Assembly: GCA_963799845.1 (NCBI GenBank)
Contig: CAWCYI010000004.1
Span: forward strand, 1,216,001-1,280,000
DNA: 64,000 bases
Direction of reading: 5' to 3'
From: an uncultured Nitrososphaerota archaeon
GTDB lineage: Archaea > Thermoproteota > Nitrososphaeria > Nitrososphaerales > CADDZS01
Shown: piece by piece, positions 62,919 through 64,000 of the stretch
Layout: each line of letters begins with the position of its first letter
Position numbering within the stretch: the first letter of the stretch is position 1
Made by a program: the position numbers and the translations under genes
The notes under the pieces: generated by a model
Told to the model about the DNA's origin: nothing
What the model saw: the letters and a program-made list of their open reading frames with translations, nothing else
Database searches by the model: none

Positions 62919-64000
62919 CTAGGGACGAATCGTGACCTTCATGCTCTCTTCACTTAGTGCCATATCCATCGCGTGATTGATCTCATCCAATGGGAAAGTA
63001 CGGGTCACGATTTCATCGAACGGGATGTCTGACATGAATTTCTTCAAAACTCTCAGAGCCATCACGTACGACCTGTTCGTTTGGCCAGGAACTCCCACAA
63101 CTGTAGTGTACCTGCCTGAGATGAGCTTCTGGACGTTTATCGTGGAACTGCGCCCGAGGTCGGTGTAAATCCCTGCTATCGCATAAGTGCCGAAAGGTTT
63201 GACATACGAAAGACCTTCCTCCACGACCTCCGGATAACCCGCGCACTCGCAAACAATGTCCGCGCCCTTTCCACCAAGAATGTCCAGCACTGCGCTTATT
63301 CTTTCTCCCTGCGTAGTCTCATCCACGTTCAATACTTCGTCGACGCCAAACTTCTGCTTCAGGTAATCAGTCCTGTATTTGGGTTTCCCGACTACGATTA
63401 TCCTGTTTGCCCCGATGATCTTTGCCGTAATGATGTGAGCGAGCGCAAGTGGTCCGCTCCCTTGGATTACCACGTCGCCAGCAAGGGGACCCCCTTCTCC
63501 GTATATCTGCGGGGAACGTAGTACCCTCTGGAAAGTTGTGATGCCCACGGCGAGAACTTCTGCGAAGACAGCAACTCTGTCTGGAACTTCATCCGGCACC
63601 GTTGCAAGTTTCACGTTGGGCAGGAGATACATGTACTCGGAAAAGCCCCCGAAAAGATGCGGCGGGTTCTTGGATGAGATTCCCCATCCGTAGGTCGCTC
63701 CCTTTTCGCATACCGGCCAGCCCGGGAAATTTCTGCACGCCCAGCACTCTTCGCACCTGAGATCGACTATCGGGACGACCCTCGACCCTTCTTCAATTGT
63801 CTCCGAAGGATCGAGCGCCATGGTTCTCTTGGCTCCCTCGCCGAGATTCTCGATCGTTCCGACGATCTCGTGTCCCGGGATTATCGGAAAATTTGTCGGG
63901 AGTCCCAGGTAGTGGGACTTTGATTCATTCTTGTAGATGTGCTTGTCTGTACCGCAAATTCCGCACTGGGAAATCTGGAGTAACGCAGTATTTTCGTCTG
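62919..64000 (-). CDS. Zinc-binding (MDR) alcohol dehydrogenase, start outside window
   Basis: GICGTDKH and PGHE upstream of the track start; C..C..C...C structural Zn site; GSGPL. Confidence 0.92.
   Translation of the reverse strand, partial: DENTALLQISQCGICGTDKHIYKNESKSHYLGLPTNFPIIPGHEIVGTIENLGEGAKRTMALDPSETIEEGSRVVPIVDLRCEECWACRNFPGWPVCEKGATYGWGISSKNPPHLFGGFSEYMYLLPNVKLATVPDEVPDRVAVFAEVLAVGITTFQRVLRSPQIYGEGGPLAGDVVIQGSGPLALAHIITAKIIGANRIIVVGKPKYRTDYLKQKFGVDEVLNVDETTQGERISAVLDILGGKGADIVCECAGYPEVVEEGLSYVKPFGTYAIAGIYTDLGRSSTINVQKLISGRYTTVVGVPGQTNRSYVMALRVLKKFMSDIPFDEIVTRTFPLDEINHAMDMALSEESMKVTIRP

Noticed and set aside
1-64000. CRISPR arrays, tRNA or rRNA genes
   Set aside because: No regularly spaced repeats, cloverleaf or rRNA signature noticed on manual reading; tRNAscan/Infernal were not run

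Overview
Archaeal chromosomal segment. The class III-like signal peptides, TATA-proximal leaderless starts and frequent TTG starts fit a heterotrophic Nitrososphaerota/TACK-type organism (inference). It is dominated by peptide/amide scavenging genes: four family-5 ABC substrate-binding proteins with Ser/Thr linkers, two dppBC permease pairs, and M14, M20, M24, M29, S9 and CPBP peptidases. It also carries flavin/F420-type and hydroxyacid oxidoreductases and an accessory zone (about 24.5-39.3 kb) of small membrane/secreted genes and IS scars. Three complete IS elements can be delimited: an IS6 with an 8-bp TSD, an IS630 with TIRs, TA duplication and a -1 slippery site, and an IS110-family element. 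The best signal is the IS110 element (17472-18998). Its 5' non-coding end folds into a bridge-RNA-like structure whose two parallel internal loops match the element's own circle junction and its actual insertion site around an AG/CT core. It also has IS1111-like subterminal inverted repeats and a possible junction-activated TATA box. About 14 genes carry single-base frameshifts, mostly +1 insertions, probably consensus errors. No rRNA, tRNA or CRISPR array was seen.
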